Shown here: positions 47,568 through 56,781 of the stretch, in pieces
Layout: the number at the start of each line of letters is the position of its first letter
Position numbering within the stretch: the stretch's first letter is position 1
Source of the DNA: Allopontixanthobacter sp.
Lineage (GTDB): Bacteria > Pseudomonadota > Alphaproteobacteria > Sphingomonadales > Sphingomonadaceae
DNA: 64,000 nt
Assembly: GCF_034376665.1 (NCBI RefSeq)
Contig: NZ_JAXMJI010000067.1
Coordinates: 53,048 to 117,047, forward strand
Reading direction: 5' to 3'
The notes under the pieces: generated by a model
The model's database searches: none
What the model saw: the letters and a program-made list of their open reading frames with translations, nothing else
What the model was told of the DNA's origin: nothing
Program-made: the position numbers and the translations under genes

Positions 47568-48226
47568 GCGCTTAACAAATCAAAGTCCGCTAGGTTTTCA
47601 GCGTCCAAAACGGCCTCTCCGATTCCAGATGCCATCGTTATCTCAGGGTCTTCGCCGCATACTCCTGACCAACGACAAACGATCAACGACTGAATTGAGG
47701 GGAGGAGCAATGCATGTGACCGTGTTACTCGCACTAAGTCATCGACCCATGATCTGTATTTGGCCCATTCAAACGGAACTACTTGCTCCTCAAGCACCTT
47801 CTGCGCGGAGGGTACATGGAGGATGTTGGCACACTGCCCATAAACTCGATTGAGAGCCAAAAGTGGTATGGGCTTCATTGCCGGAACAAACTGCTTTGCA
47901 CCGTGCTCATCAACGCTGATGTACAACTGCAGAGGCATCGGCAACGGATGCTGATTGAATTTCTCAAGCTCCTTAAACGCGTCCTTCGGATGCCAGTGCT
48001 TGGGGTCCAATTCTGTGCCCTCCTGCAAATGTGCGAGTGTAGATCCGAGTACAATAAGTTCACAAACTTTTCGGACTTGCAAAGCAACAGAATCCAATCG
48101 CAACCAGTTCTCTCTGTGCTCCTTGTTTTCGTCGATTTGGGTCAGAAGCGAACTTGCCGCAGATAACCTGCCAATGAGTGAATGCATCACTGTGGGATAG
48201 TGAGCCTCGATTGATGCCGCATCCAT
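47564..48226 (-). CDS. Hypothetical protein (orfX), 220 aa, low-GC, no recognised domain
   Basis: ATG 48226 shares TGATG with the parE stop. The stop shares ATGA with the ruvB start. Composition is balanced and protein-like. Local G+C is about 49%. Confidence 0.6.
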   Translation of the reverse strand: MDAASIEAHYPTVMHSLIGRLSAASSLLTQIDENKEHRENWLRLDSVALQVRKVCELIVLGSTLAHLQEGTELDPKHWHPKDAFKELEKFNQHPLPMPLQLYISVDEHGAKQFVPAMKPIPLLALNRVYGQCANILHVPSAQKVLEEQVVPFEWAKYRSWVDDLVRVTRSHALLLPSIQSLIVCRWSGVCGEDPEITMASGIGEAVLDAENLADFDLLSA

Positions 48227-48531
48227 CACCCCGCCCCTCCCTTCAGCGCCATATTGGCATCCATCGCATGGTGAACAATGCGCACAATCAGCACCGCGTT
48301 GCCCTCGACTTGATAAAATATCCGGTGCTGGCGGTGAACAAGGCAACGGATACCCTTGCCGAGCTCAGGGTTGAGCGGCGCGGACAGGGGAAAGTCACCC
48401 AGCAGGCCGAAGGCTTCGTCGAACCCATGCATGTAAGCCTCCGCAACTCCTTCGCCGAATCTGGAAGCGCTGAATTCATCGATTTCCACCAGGTCCGTTT
48501 CGGCAGCGTTGGAGAATTCGACCTCAGCCAC
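48226..48531 (-). CDS. parE: Type II toxin, ParE/RelE superfamily
   Basis: GTG 48531 overlaps the parD stop by 8 nt. 101 aa. N-terminal AETDLVEIDEF and C-terminal HRIFYQVEGNAVLIVRIVHHAMD are typical of ParE. Confidence 0.8.
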   Translation of the reverse strand: MAEVEFSNAAETDLVEIDEFSASRFGEGVAEAYMHGFDEAFGLLGDFPLSAPLNPELGKGIRCLVHRQHRIFYQVEGNAVLIVRIVHHAMDANMALKGGAG

Positions 48532-48775
48532 GCCTTGCGCGCCGTTTGGCGATGATATTGTCGATGATCGTTTCCGGCTTTTCCTTCGAAATGCCCGACG
48601 CCAGCCCCTCCGCAATCAATGCGCGGAGCCATTCGGTTTCATCGGCGGCCGATTCCTGATCGCGGCGCAGCAGATCGCGAACCAGATCGCTGGCGCTGGA
48701 ATAGCGGCCTTCGGCAACCCGGTGATCGATCCAGCTACGCAGAGCGGGCGGAATGGAGACATTAAGCTGTGACAT
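48524..48775 (-). CDS. parD: Type II antitoxin, ParD (CopG/RHH) family
   Basis: MSQLNVSIPPALRSWIDHRVAEGRYSSASDLVRDLLRRDQE matches the ParD/COG3609 N-terminus. 83 aa. Confidence 0.85.
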   Translation of the reverse strand: MSQLNVSIPPALRSWIDHRVAEGRYSSASDLVRDLLRRDQESAADETEWLRALIAEGLASGISKEKPETIIDNIIAKRRARRG

Positions 48776-48800
48776 GGAATTACCATACATATTCATAGAG

Positions 48801-48815
48801 ATTTGTCGAACAAAT
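48801..48815. promoter_or_regulatory. Inverted repeat ATTTGT-CGA-ACAAAT in the AT-rich spacer upstream of parD (candidate autoregulatory operator)
   Basis: A 6-3-6 inverted repeat read from the 48-bp ruvA/parD spacer. Confidence 0.3.
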
Positions 48816-48823
48816 ATAGGAAA

Positions 48824-49426
48824 TCACCCCGCAGCCCTCTTCAGGGCCACCCGCACCAGCGCGTTCAAATCCGCATCCTCGCCCAATTCGCCTTGCGCCT
48901 TGGCCACCGCGCTGGCGGCTACAGCCGGCTTGAAGCCGAGGTTCTGCAACGCCGAGACTGCATCCGCGCTGGCGGAGCCGGCGGGCATCACCACTGTGCC
49001 CACTGCAGCGCCGCCGCCGGGCATTCCGCCCGCCTTGTCTTTCAGTTCGTTGACGATCCGCGCTGCCAGTTTCGGCCCCACGCCGTTCGCCCGAGCCACC
49101 ATCGCTGCATCGCCATTGGCGCAGGCGGTCTGGACTTCAGCGGTTGAAAGCGCGGACAGGATCGCAAGCGCGACTTTGCTGCCCACGCCCTGCACCTGGG
49201 TCAGCAGGCGGAACCAGTCGCGTTCCGATCCTTCCGCGAAACCGAGCAGGCGCATGTCGTTTTCGCTTACCTGCAGGTCCGTATAGACGGTGCAGCTTTC
49301 GCCGATCCCGCCCAGCGCGGTCAGCGTCCGGGCGCTGCAATGCACCAGATATCCGACGCCCTGGACGTCAATCACAGCCCAGTCCGAACCGGTTTCGTCG
49401 AGCAGGCCCTTCAACTTCGCAATCAT
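48824..49426 (-). CDS. ruvA: Holliday junction DNA-binding protein RuvA
   Basis: Start at MIAKLKGLL (ATG 49426). HhH segment [15 protein letters not shown]. 200 aa. Confidence 0.92.
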   Translation of the reverse strand: MIAKLKGLLDETGSDWAVIDVQGVGYLVHCSARTLTALGGIGESCTVYTDLQVSENDMRLLGFAEGSERDWFRLLTQVQGVGSKVALAILSALSTAEVQTACANGDAAMVARANGVGPKLAARIVNELKDKAGGMPGGGAAVGTVVMPAGSASADAVSALQNLGFKPAVAASAVAKAQGELGEDADLNALVRVALKRAAG

Positions 49427-49515
49427 GGTTTGTTCTTGCGCGCAAAGCTGCGCCTGGTCCACCCTTTACGGACATTTATGGACAGCGCGGCGATCATGCG
49501 ACAAGGAATGCAGCC

Positions 49516-50595
49516 ATGAGCTACAACACCTTCGGCAGAGTCCTGCGCTTTACCACCTGGGGCGAAAGCCACGGCCCGGCTATTGGCACCGTAGTGGACG
49601 GCTGCCCGCCGGGGCTCGCCCTGTCGGAAGCGGACATCCAGCCGTTCCTGGATGCGCGCCGCCCCGGGCAGTCGAAATACACTACCCAGCGCAAGGAACC
49701 GGACACCGTCCGAGTTTTGTCCGGCGTGTTCGAGGGCAAGACGACTGGCACCCCGATTTCGCTGATGATCGAGAATGTCGATCAACGGTCCAAGGATTAT
49801 TCCGAGGTCGCCAAGGCTTACCGCCCTGGCCACGCGGATTACGCCTATGACGCGAAATACGGGTTTCGCGATTACCGCGGCGGGGGCCGGTCATCCGCGC
49901 GCGAAACCGCCGCGCGCGTTGCGGCGGGCGCAGTGGCGCGGTTGGTCATTCCGGAGGTGACGATCACCGCCTATGTCGCGCAGATCGGCCATGACGAGAT
50001 TGACCGCAGCGTCATCGACTTCACCGAAATCAGCAACAACCCGTTCTTCTGTCCCGATCCCGCTGCTGCGAAGCGCTGGGAGAAACTGGTGGACGAGGCG
50101 CGGCTAGCCGGATCATCGCTCGGCGCGGTGGTGGAATGCGTCGCAACGGGTGTTCCGGCAGGCTGGGGCGCGCCGATCTATGCCAAGCTGGACGCCGATC
50201 TGGCGGCGGGCATGATGGGCATCAATGCGGTGAAAGGCGTGGAGATTGGCGACGGTTTCCTCGCCGCGACACTCACCGGCGAACAGAACGCCGATCCGAT
50301 GCGCAGCGGCGAAGCTGGTCCCGAATTCAAGGCCAATCACGCCGGCGGCATCGCGGGGGGTATCTCGACCGGTCAGCCGGTGGTGTGCCGGGTGGCCTTC
50401 AAACCGACCAGCTCCATCCTGAGCGCTGTCGACACCATAGGCCGCGACGGCGCGAATACGCAGATCCGGACCAAGGGCCGCCACGATCCCTGCGTGGGGA
50501 TTCGCGGGACCCCGGTGGTAGCCGCGATGATGGCGCTGGTGCTGGCCGATCACAAGATGCTGCACCGGGCGCAGTGCGGGGCGGACCTACGCTAA
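49516..50595 (+). CDS. aroC: Chorismate synthase
   Basis: Start at ATG 49516. [24 protein letters not shown] and [18 protein letters not shown]. 359 aa. Confidence 0.93.
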   Translation: MSYNTFGRVLRFTTWGESHGPAIGTVVDGCPPGLALSEADIQPFLDARRPGQSKYTTQRKEPDTVRVLSGVFEGKTTGTPISLMIENVDQRSKDYSEVAKAYRPGHADYAYDAKYGFRDYRGGGRSSARETAARVAAGAVARLVIPEVTITAYVAQIGHDEIDRSVIDFTEISNNPFFCPDPAAAKRWEKLVDEARLAGSSLGAVVECVATGVPAGWGAPIYAKLDADLAAGMMGINAVKGVEIGDGFLAATLTGEQNADPMRSGEAGPEFKANHAGGIAGGISTGQPVVCRVAFKPTSSILSAVDTIGRDGANTQIRTKGRHDPCVGIRGTPVVAAMMALVLADHKMLHRAQCGADLR

Positions 50596-50672
50596 AGGTT
50601 GCGGGTCACTCCTGCTGGCGGCAATGATTTATCCGATCGCTGAATTACGCGGCGGCCTGAGCCGCTGACGCC

Positions 50673-51248
50673 CTACTTTCGCAGGACGATATAGATCGCA
50701 CCGTCGCCCCCATGGCGGCGGTGCGATTTTCGTATGGCGGCGATGGCGTCCGCATGTTGGCCCGCGGCCAGCCAGTCGAGGATTTTGGACCGGATCGCCC
50801 CGCGCCGATCGGCTCGGTCGGCGGCATCGACGGGTCGCGGCTTGCCCGTCACCACCAGCACCAGCCGCGCGCCCATGGCCCGCGCCTGGCCGATACCGTT
50901 TTCCAGCCGTCCATGCGCTGCATCCAGCCCATGACCATGCAGGTCGAGAGTGAAATCGGGATCGATGCTGCCCGCCTTCAGCCGCTTGTCCCAGTGCGAA
51001 TCGAGGCCGCCCGTACCGATCGGCCGCAAAGCTCGGACGGGGACCAGCTTGGCAGGCGATTGTGGCGGAGGGGGCGGCGGTATCCGCATCGTCGCTTTCT
51101 GCGCGGGGATGGTCTCGGTCGCCTCTAAGAGTGAGGCGGACTTGGGCAGCGGAGCTCCCGAACGCCGCCGCACCAGTGGCACCACAGACGCGGCGACCCG
51201 TGCCCAGGCTTCCGCTTCCTCGGCGCTGAGGCCGCGCGGCGGCTTCAT
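50673..51248 (-). CDS. Smr-domain protein
   Basis: Start at ATG 51248 (ATGA overlap with the mltA stop). Smr core LDLHGHGLDAAHGRL..LVLVVTGKP. Confidence 0.8.
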   Translation of the reverse strand: MKPPRGLSAEEAEAWARVAASVVPLVRRRSGAPLPKSASLLEATETIPAQKATMRIPPPPPPQSPAKLVPVRALRPIGTGGLDSHWDKRLKAGSIDPDFTLDLHGHGLDAAHGRLENGIGQARAMGARLVLVVTGKPRPVDAADRADRRGAIRSKILDWLAAGQHADAIAAIRKSHRRHGGDGAIYIVLRK

Positions 51249-52450
51249 TGTCCGGTGTGGCGCTTGACCGTGCCCTTCGGCAGCAGGACCAGCGCCTGCC
51301 CCCGCGCAGTCATCCCGCCCGCGATTGCCCGCGCATCCTCGCCCGCGCCCCAGAATGTGTCGAACCGGTTCGCGCCCTTGATCGCGCCGCCGGTGTCCTG
51401 CGCGATCCACATGCCGTTTGCTTCCTCGCGGTCCAGTTCGAGCCATACTGGCGCGCCCAGCGGTACGAAACGGGGATCGGCGGCAACCGAGGATTCGCGG
51501 CGCACCGGCACTTCCAGCGCCCCCAGCGGGCCGTCGCCTTCCAGCACCCGGAAGAAAATCCAGCTCTTGTTGAGCTGCATCAACTCGCGCCCTTCTGCAG
51601 GGTTTTCGCGGATATACTGCATGATGCCCTGCATGGTTCCCGGATATTGGCCCGGACCATCGCCCAGCAGCCCGCGTTCGCGCATAATCCCGCCGATCCC
51701 GATATATTCGCGGCCGTTCTGACCGGCATAGCCGATCCGCGTGACGGTGCCGTCCGGCGCGATCAACCGTCCCGAACCCTGGATCTGGAGGAAGAAGAAT
51801 TCCACCGGGTCCTGCGCCCAGCCGATCTCCAGCCCGCGCCCGGCCAACGCGCCGTTCTCGATTTCGGCGCGGTCGTAATAGGGCACGAATTTCCCGCTCT
51901 CATCGTAGCGGCCAAGCGGAGCGCGGCCCGTCCGGTTTTCCGCAGTCACGTCTTCCGGCCACCCGCGCACCAGATCCGCAGGCATGGCATAGACCGGCGT
52001 GTCGTAGCCCGGCAACCGCGTCCGGCTGCCCCTGATCTCGGGTTCGAAATAGCCAGTGGCAAAAGCTGCGCCGTCGCCCACGCGGGCTGTTTCGAAGAAC
52101 TGTTCGAAAAAGTGGGTTGCCCGGCCCGCCGGCCAGGCGGCGCTGGCTTCGCACGCACTGCGCCAATCGTCCTGCCGGGTAAGTCCGCTCGCATCCGTAC
52201 GCCCGAGCAATTTGGGGCAACTTTCCTGGAACGATGCCAACGCCGTGCCGGCATCGACGGGGCTCAAGCCCAAAGCGCCGACAGCCGGGCCGCGGCGTAT
52301 TCCGGTGGCAACTGCACTGGTCAGGGCCGCATCGGGCGCGGGCGAAACGCCGGGGCCCCTTGCTGCAGGAACGATTCCGGCGCAGCCTGCAATGAAAGTA
52401 ACCGCAGCGAGACCCGCCACCAGACCCGCCAGTCGCCGCATCATCTGCAT
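51245..52450 (-). CDS. mltA: Membrane-bound lytic murein transglycosylase A (lipoprotein)
   Basis: Lipobox FIAGC. MltA domain with YFEP and a C-terminal 3D domain DTGGAIKG. Confidence 0.85.
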   Translation of the reverse strand: MQMMRRLAGLVAGLAAVTFIAGCAGIVPAARGPGVSPAPDAALTSAVATGIRRGPAVGALGLSPVDAGTALASFQESCPKLLGRTDASGLTRQDDWRSACEASAAWPAGRATHFFEQFFETARVGDGAAFATGYFEPEIRGSRTRLPGYDTPVYAMPADLVRGWPEDVTAENRTGRAPLGRYDESGKFVPYYDRAEIENGALAGRGLEIGWAQDPVEFFFLQIQGSGRLIAPDGTVTRIGYAGQNGREYIGIGGIMRERGLLGDGPGQYPGTMQGIMQYIRENPAEGRELMQLNKSWIFFRVLEGDGPLGALEVPVRRESSVAADPRFVPLGAPVWLELDREEANGMWIAQDTGGAIKGANRFDTFWGAGEDARAIAGGMTARGQALVLLPKGTVKRHTGQ

Positions 52451-52495
52451 CCGGCTAGCACTGCGGAGCGAAATTCCCGCTCCGACCCGGCTGGA

Positions 52496-53143
52496 TCAGC
52501 CTTCGTCCGTTTCATCGAGGATCCAGTCCGGCGCGGCCGAGGTCACATCGCGGCGGAAGGTCCAGATGTCGCGCGTTTCGATCGCATCGTCCAGCGAACC
52601 GGCAATCATCGTGCCGTCCTTGTCGCGCGTCACGGCAGCGATATCAGCCACGAAGCGTACTGCGACACGGGCGGTCCGGCCGTCCAGTTCGGCGCTGTGG
52701 ATCACCGTGTCCTCGATCCGGATCAACCGATTGTCGAGCGTTTCGCCGGCTTTCTCCCGCGCGTCGATCGCGCCGGCGAAACTGGCGTAGACATCATCAT
52801 CGCACAATTCGCGAAGCGCAGCCTTGTCGCCGTTCCAGAACGCTTCCAGAACCATCGCGTAAGCCGCCTTGGCCCCTTCCAGGAAAGCGGTGATGTCGAA
52901 CCGGCGATCGGCAGCGGCGATCTCGCGTACGCCCTGCTCCACTGCCGGCAGCACGCCGATCAACTCGCGCGGGCGCGGCATTGCAGCCTGCGCCGCCTGC
53001 GGCAGAGTTGGCGGAGCTAGCTGGTCATCGAACCGGGTCGGAATCGATTCCTCCTCATGCTCCGCGCGGCGGCCGAGTACCGAATACAGCCGCATGCCGA
53101 GAAAAGCGGCGATCATGGCGAGGATGACGATTTGAATTATCAC
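52496..53143 (-). CDS. Tim44-like domain protein with N-terminal TM helix
   Basis: 215 aa. TM helix MIIQIVILAMIAAFLGM, then a Tim44-type C-terminal domain. Divergent from secB, a common alphaproteobacterial arrangement. Confidence 0.8.
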   Translation of the reverse strand: MIIQIVILAMIAAFLGMRLYSVLGRRAEHEEESIPTRFDDQLAPPTLPQAAQAAMPRPRELIGVLPAVEQGVREIAAADRRFDITAFLEGAKAAYAMVLEAFWNGDKAALRELCDDDVYASFAGAIDAREKAGETLDNRLIRIEDTVIHSAELDGRTARVAVRFVADIAAVTRDKDGTMIAGSLDDAIETRDIWTFRRDVTSAAPDWILDETDEG

Positions 53144-53446
53144 GTAGGGTTACCCGCAGTTTGGCCGGCGCAATACGCGCCCGCATTGATTAACCTGATA
53201 GTGCCTTAAATAGGGAGTGATTACAAATGAACAACGCCCGCAAGGGCGCGATCTGCCACGCGGTGCGACCGTATTGCCTCGTTTGAAGGCTCTCAGCCAC
53301 GGTGGGAGCACGGCCGCGCCGGTGCTGTCATCTGCAAAGTTGCCTGACTCGCGCTTGGGTGCTACGCGCCGCGCCGAAGCCTGCGCGGCCTGGATTCCAT
53401 CGTGCGGGCACCGTTTCATCTTGCGAAATAGAAAGCACAATTCATC

Positions 53447-53971
53447 ATGGCCGACGAAGGCGACGTAATCACCGATCTCAACATGAATCCCGCTCCGAAC
53501 GGCGAAGATACGCAGCCGGTTGCCGGGATTATCTCGCAGTACATCAAGGATCTGTCGGTCGAAAATCCGAACGCCCCGGCCAGCTATCAATGGACCGACC
53601 AGCCGCAGATCGACCTGCAGTTCAACATCGGCGCCACCCCGGTCAGCGACCAGATCCATGAAGTCGAACTGAAGGTAAATGTCACCGCCAAGGCCGAGCA
53701 GGGCAATGCCTATCTGATCGAATTGTCCTATTGCGGCCTCGTCGGGATGCGCAACCTGCCGGACGAACAGATGCACGCCTTCATGTATGCCGAAGCACCG
53801 CGAATCCTGTTCCCCTTCGCCCGCCGGATCATTGCCGACGCGACCAGAGATGCGGGATACCAGCCGCTGATGCTCGATCCGATCGACTTCAATGGCCTCT
53901 ACATCCAGCAATTGCAGCGCAAGGCGGAAGAACAGGCAGCGGGCGAGATAACGCCGGCTGGCAACGCCTGA
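53447..53971 (+). CDS. secB: Protein-export chaperone SecB
   Basis: 174 aa. Segments IISQYIKDLSVENPNAP and ILFPFARRIIADATRDAGY. Confidence 0.9.
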   Translation: MADEGDVITDLNMNPAPNGEDTQPVAGIISQYIKDLSVENPNAPASYQWTDQPQIDLQFNIGATPVSDQIHEVELKVNVTAKAEQGNAYLIELSYCGLVGMRNLPDEQMHAFMYAEAPRILFPFARRIIADATRDAGYQPLMLDPIDFNGLYIQQLQRKAEEQAAGEITPAGNA

Positions 53972-53996
53972 TTCCGCTGACCGGCGGGCTGCGGGT

Positions 53997-55568
53997 ATGA
54001 GCCTGCTCAAGAATGTCGGAACGATCGGCGGACTGACCATGGTCAGCCGCCTGTTCGGCTTCGCCCGCGACATGCTGCTGGCCCGCGTATTGGGCGCGGG
54101 CGGCGTGGGCGATGCCTGGCAATTGGCGTTCCAGCTGCCCAATATCTTCCGCCGCCTGTTTGCCGAAGGGGCGTTTGCCTCCGCCTTCGTGCCGCTGTTC
54201 AACCGGCGGATGAAGGAAGGCGACGATATTTCCCAGTCGCGCCGCTTCGCCGAAGAGGTGCTCGCTTTCCTGATCCCGGTGCTGCTGGTGTTCGGTGCGC
54301 TAGCGATTATCGTCATGCCGTGGATCGCCGGCCTGTTCGCCAACGAAGGGATCGAGGAAGACCCGGCTCTGATGGACCTCGCGGTGCTGATGGCGCGGGT
54401 GGCGTTTCCCTATCTGGCGTTCATGAGCCTGGCGACGCTGTTCGCCGCGGTGCTCAACAGCCTGTCGCGTTTTGCCGCGGCGGCGGCAGCTCCGATCCTG
54501 CTCAACATCTGCATGATTACCGCGCTGGTTTACGGCACCACGCTGGGGGACGGCGTCGAGGCGCGGCGACAAGTGGGATTCTACCTCGCGATTGCCGTCA
54601 CCGTTTCCGGGTTTCTGCAGCTGCTTTGGCTGGGATGGTGGGCCCGCAAATCGGGGTTCCGGATGGGCCTGAAGCGGCCCCGGATTACCCCGGGCGTAAA
54701 GGAACTGGGAATCCTGATCCTGCCGGCAGTGCTCGGTGCGGGGGTCTATCAGATCAGCCGGTTCATCGATCTGTTCTTCCTCGCGACCCTGCCCGACGGA
54801 GCCTATAGCTATCTCGCCTATGGCGACCGGCTGAACCAGCTCCCGCTCGGGATCATCGGGATCGCGCTTGGCACGGCGATCCTGCCGTCGCTGTCGCGGA
54901 TGATCGCGGTCGAGGACGCGGGCGGCGCGTCCCGCCTGCAGAGCAATGCTGTCGAACTGGCGATGCTGCTGACCGTGCCCGCCGCGGTCGCGCTCTATGT
55001 CACCGGCAGCGCCTTCACCCGGGCGTTCTACGTCGGCGGCGCGTTCAGCGTTGCGGACGCATTCACCACCGGCGCGGTGGTGTCGGCGCTGGTCGTCGGC
55101 CTTCCCGCCTATGTTCTGGTAAAGGTGCTGATCCCCAATTTCTTCGCGCGCAAGGATACGCGGACGCCGGTCTATACGGCGGGCGCATCGCTGCTGCTGA
55201 ATATCGCGCTCAATTTCATCCTGGTGCCGCGCTTCGGGGTCGTGGGTCTGGCCCTGGCGGGTGCACTTGCGGCCTGGAGCAACGTGATGCTGCTACTGAT
55301 CCTCCTCGCCCTGAAGGGCTATTTCACGCTTCCTGGCCGGGTGTACGGGCGGATCGCGCGCATCTTCCTCGCCGCAGCGCTGATGGGGGCTGCGCTCTAT
55401 TACATCACGCCGCTGGGCGCGGAGTATTACGCGGGCGGAGTGCTGGACCGGATTGCCGCCATCCTCGCGCTTGTGCTTGTCGGCGCGGCGGTTTACCTGA
55501 TCGCCGCGGTGGCCCTGGGCGTCGTGAACCGTTCCACTATCGAGCAATTTACCAAGCGCCCCGGGTAA
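53997..55568 (+). CDS. murJ: Lipid II flippase MurJ (MviN)
   Basis: 523 aa. N-terminus SRLFGFARDMLLARVLGAG..DAW..AFQLPNIFRRLFAEGAF. Confidence 0.92.
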   Translation: MSLLKNVGTIGGLTMVSRLFGFARDMLLARVLGAGGVGDAWQLAFQLPNIFRRLFAEGAFASAFVPLFNRRMKEGDDISQSRRFAEEVLAFLIPVLLVFGALAIIVMPWIAGLFANEGIEEDPALMDLAVLMARVAFPYLAFMSLATLFAAVLNSLSRFAAAAAAPILLNICMITALVYGTTLGDGVEARRQVGFYLAIAVTVSGFLQLLWLGWWARKSGFRMGLKRPRITPGVKELGILILPAVLGAGVYQISRFIDLFFLATLPDGAYSYLAYGDRLNQLPLGIIGIALGTAILPSLSRMIAVEDAGGASRLQSNAVELAMLLTVPAAVALYVTGSAFTRAFYVGGAFSVADAFTTGAVVSALVVGLPAYVLVKVLIPNFFARKDTRTPVYTAGASLLLNIALNFILVPRFGVVGLALAGALAAWSNVMLLLILLALKGYFTLPGRVYGRIARIFLAAALMGAALYYITPLGAEYYAGGVLDRIAAILALVLVGAAVYLIAAVALGVVNRSTIEQFTKRPG

Positions 55569-55589
55569 GCGGGCGGCAGAGAGAGCATC

Positions 55590-56633
55590 ATGCGCCCCCA
55601 AGCCAAAAGAGTCGTTTCCGGTATCCAGCCTACGGGCAATCTGCATCTGGGCAATTACCTGGGCGCGATCCGCAACTGGGTGCGGCTGCAGGATGAAGTG
55701 TTCGGCGCGGGACAGGAAGGCAGTCAGTGCCTGTTCTTTCTGGCCGACCTGCACGCCATTTCGATGCCCTACGATCCGGCGGATCTGCGGTCCGGAACCC
55801 TGGAAATGACCGCGGCGCTGGTGGCCTGCGGGATCGACCCCGACAAATCGGTGCTGTTCAACCAGGCGCAGGTGCCCGCCCATGCGGAACTGCAATGGCT
55901 GCTGAGCGGCACCGCCCGGATGGGCTGGCTGAACCGGATGACCCAGTTCAAGGACAAGTCGGGTCAGAACCGCGAAGGGGCGTCGATCGCGCTGTTCACC
56001 TATCCCGTGCTGCAGGCGGCGGACGTGCTACTGTATCAGGCGACCCATGTTCCGGTGGGCGAGGACCAGAAGCAGCATCTGGAACTGGCGCGCGACATCG
56101 CGCAGAAATTCAACAACGACTATTGCGCCGATGGCCCGCCGGTGTTCACCCAGCCCGACCCGATCGTGCCGCGCGAAGCGGCCCGGATCATGAGCCTGCG
56201 CGACGGGATGGCGAAGATGAGCAAGTCCGATCCATCGGAACGCAGCCGGATCAATCTGTCGGACGATGCCGACACGATCATGAAGGCGGTTAAGAAAGCC
56301 AAATCCGACGCCGAACCACTGCCATCGGAACAGGCGGGGCTGGCGGGCCGGCCCGAGGCGCTCAATCTGGTGACCATCTATGCCGCCATGACCGGCGAAA
56401 GCATCGACCAGGTGCTGCAAACCTTCGGCGGCGAAGGTTTCGGGCGGTTCAAACCCGCCTTGGGTGAAGTACTGGTTGAAACGCTCAGCCCGATCTCCCG
56501 GCGCTTCAACGAGCTGAAACAGGACCGCGAATCGCTGGACGCAATTCTGGCGCGCGGGGCGGCCAAGGCGCGGGAACTGGGCGGCGCTACCTTGAAAGCG
56601 GCCTATGATGCGCTGGGGCTGGTCCGCGGATAA
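55590..56633 (+). CDS. trpS: Tryptophan--tRNA ligase
   Basis: A HIGH-type motif (GIQPTGNLHLGNYLG) and a KMSKS motif are both present. 347 aa. Confidence 0.93.
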   Translation: MRPQAKRVVSGIQPTGNLHLGNYLGAIRNWVRLQDEVFGAGQEGSQCLFFLADLHAISMPYDPADLRSGTLEMTAALVACGIDPDKSVLFNQAQVPAHAELQWLLSGTARMGWLNRMTQFKDKSGQNREGASIALFTYPVLQAADVLLYQATHVPVGEDQKQHLELARDIAQKFNNDYCADGPPVFTQPDPIVPREAARIMSLRDGMAKMSKSDPSERSRINLSDDADTIMKAVKKAKSDAEPLPSEQAGLAGRPEALNLVTIYAAMTGESIDQVLQTFGGEGFGRFKPALGEVLVETLSPISRRFNELKQDRESLDAILARGAAKARELGGATLKAAYDALGLVRG

Positions 56634-56781
56634 TTCTTTCGGGTCATCGCGCTGCGATAGCTGCCTGAAATATCATTCAAAGTGCGTTCAGCCACGGCGA
56701 GGCATAAAAGCAGTAACAATCGCAAGCCGAATCTGTAACATTGGTCAGCTGGCGAGCATTTACTCGTCGAAGGGACGCAGG

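Noticed and set aside
47783-48166. A plus-strand 127-aa ORF inside the low-GC insert.
   Set aside because: It is opposite orfX. The translation is Cys/Arg/Leu-rich and irregular, and it has no SD or coupling. The minus-strand frame has protein-like composition and overlaps precisely with the parE and ruvB codons.
53150-54343. A 397-aa minus-strand ORF across the secB/murJ region. Other long antisense ORFs lie at 8475-9599, 46467-47693, 51248-53020, 24955-26355 and 28264-29934.
   Set aside because: All lie opposite confidently identified genes, have biased Arg/Gly/Pro composition, and have no motifs.
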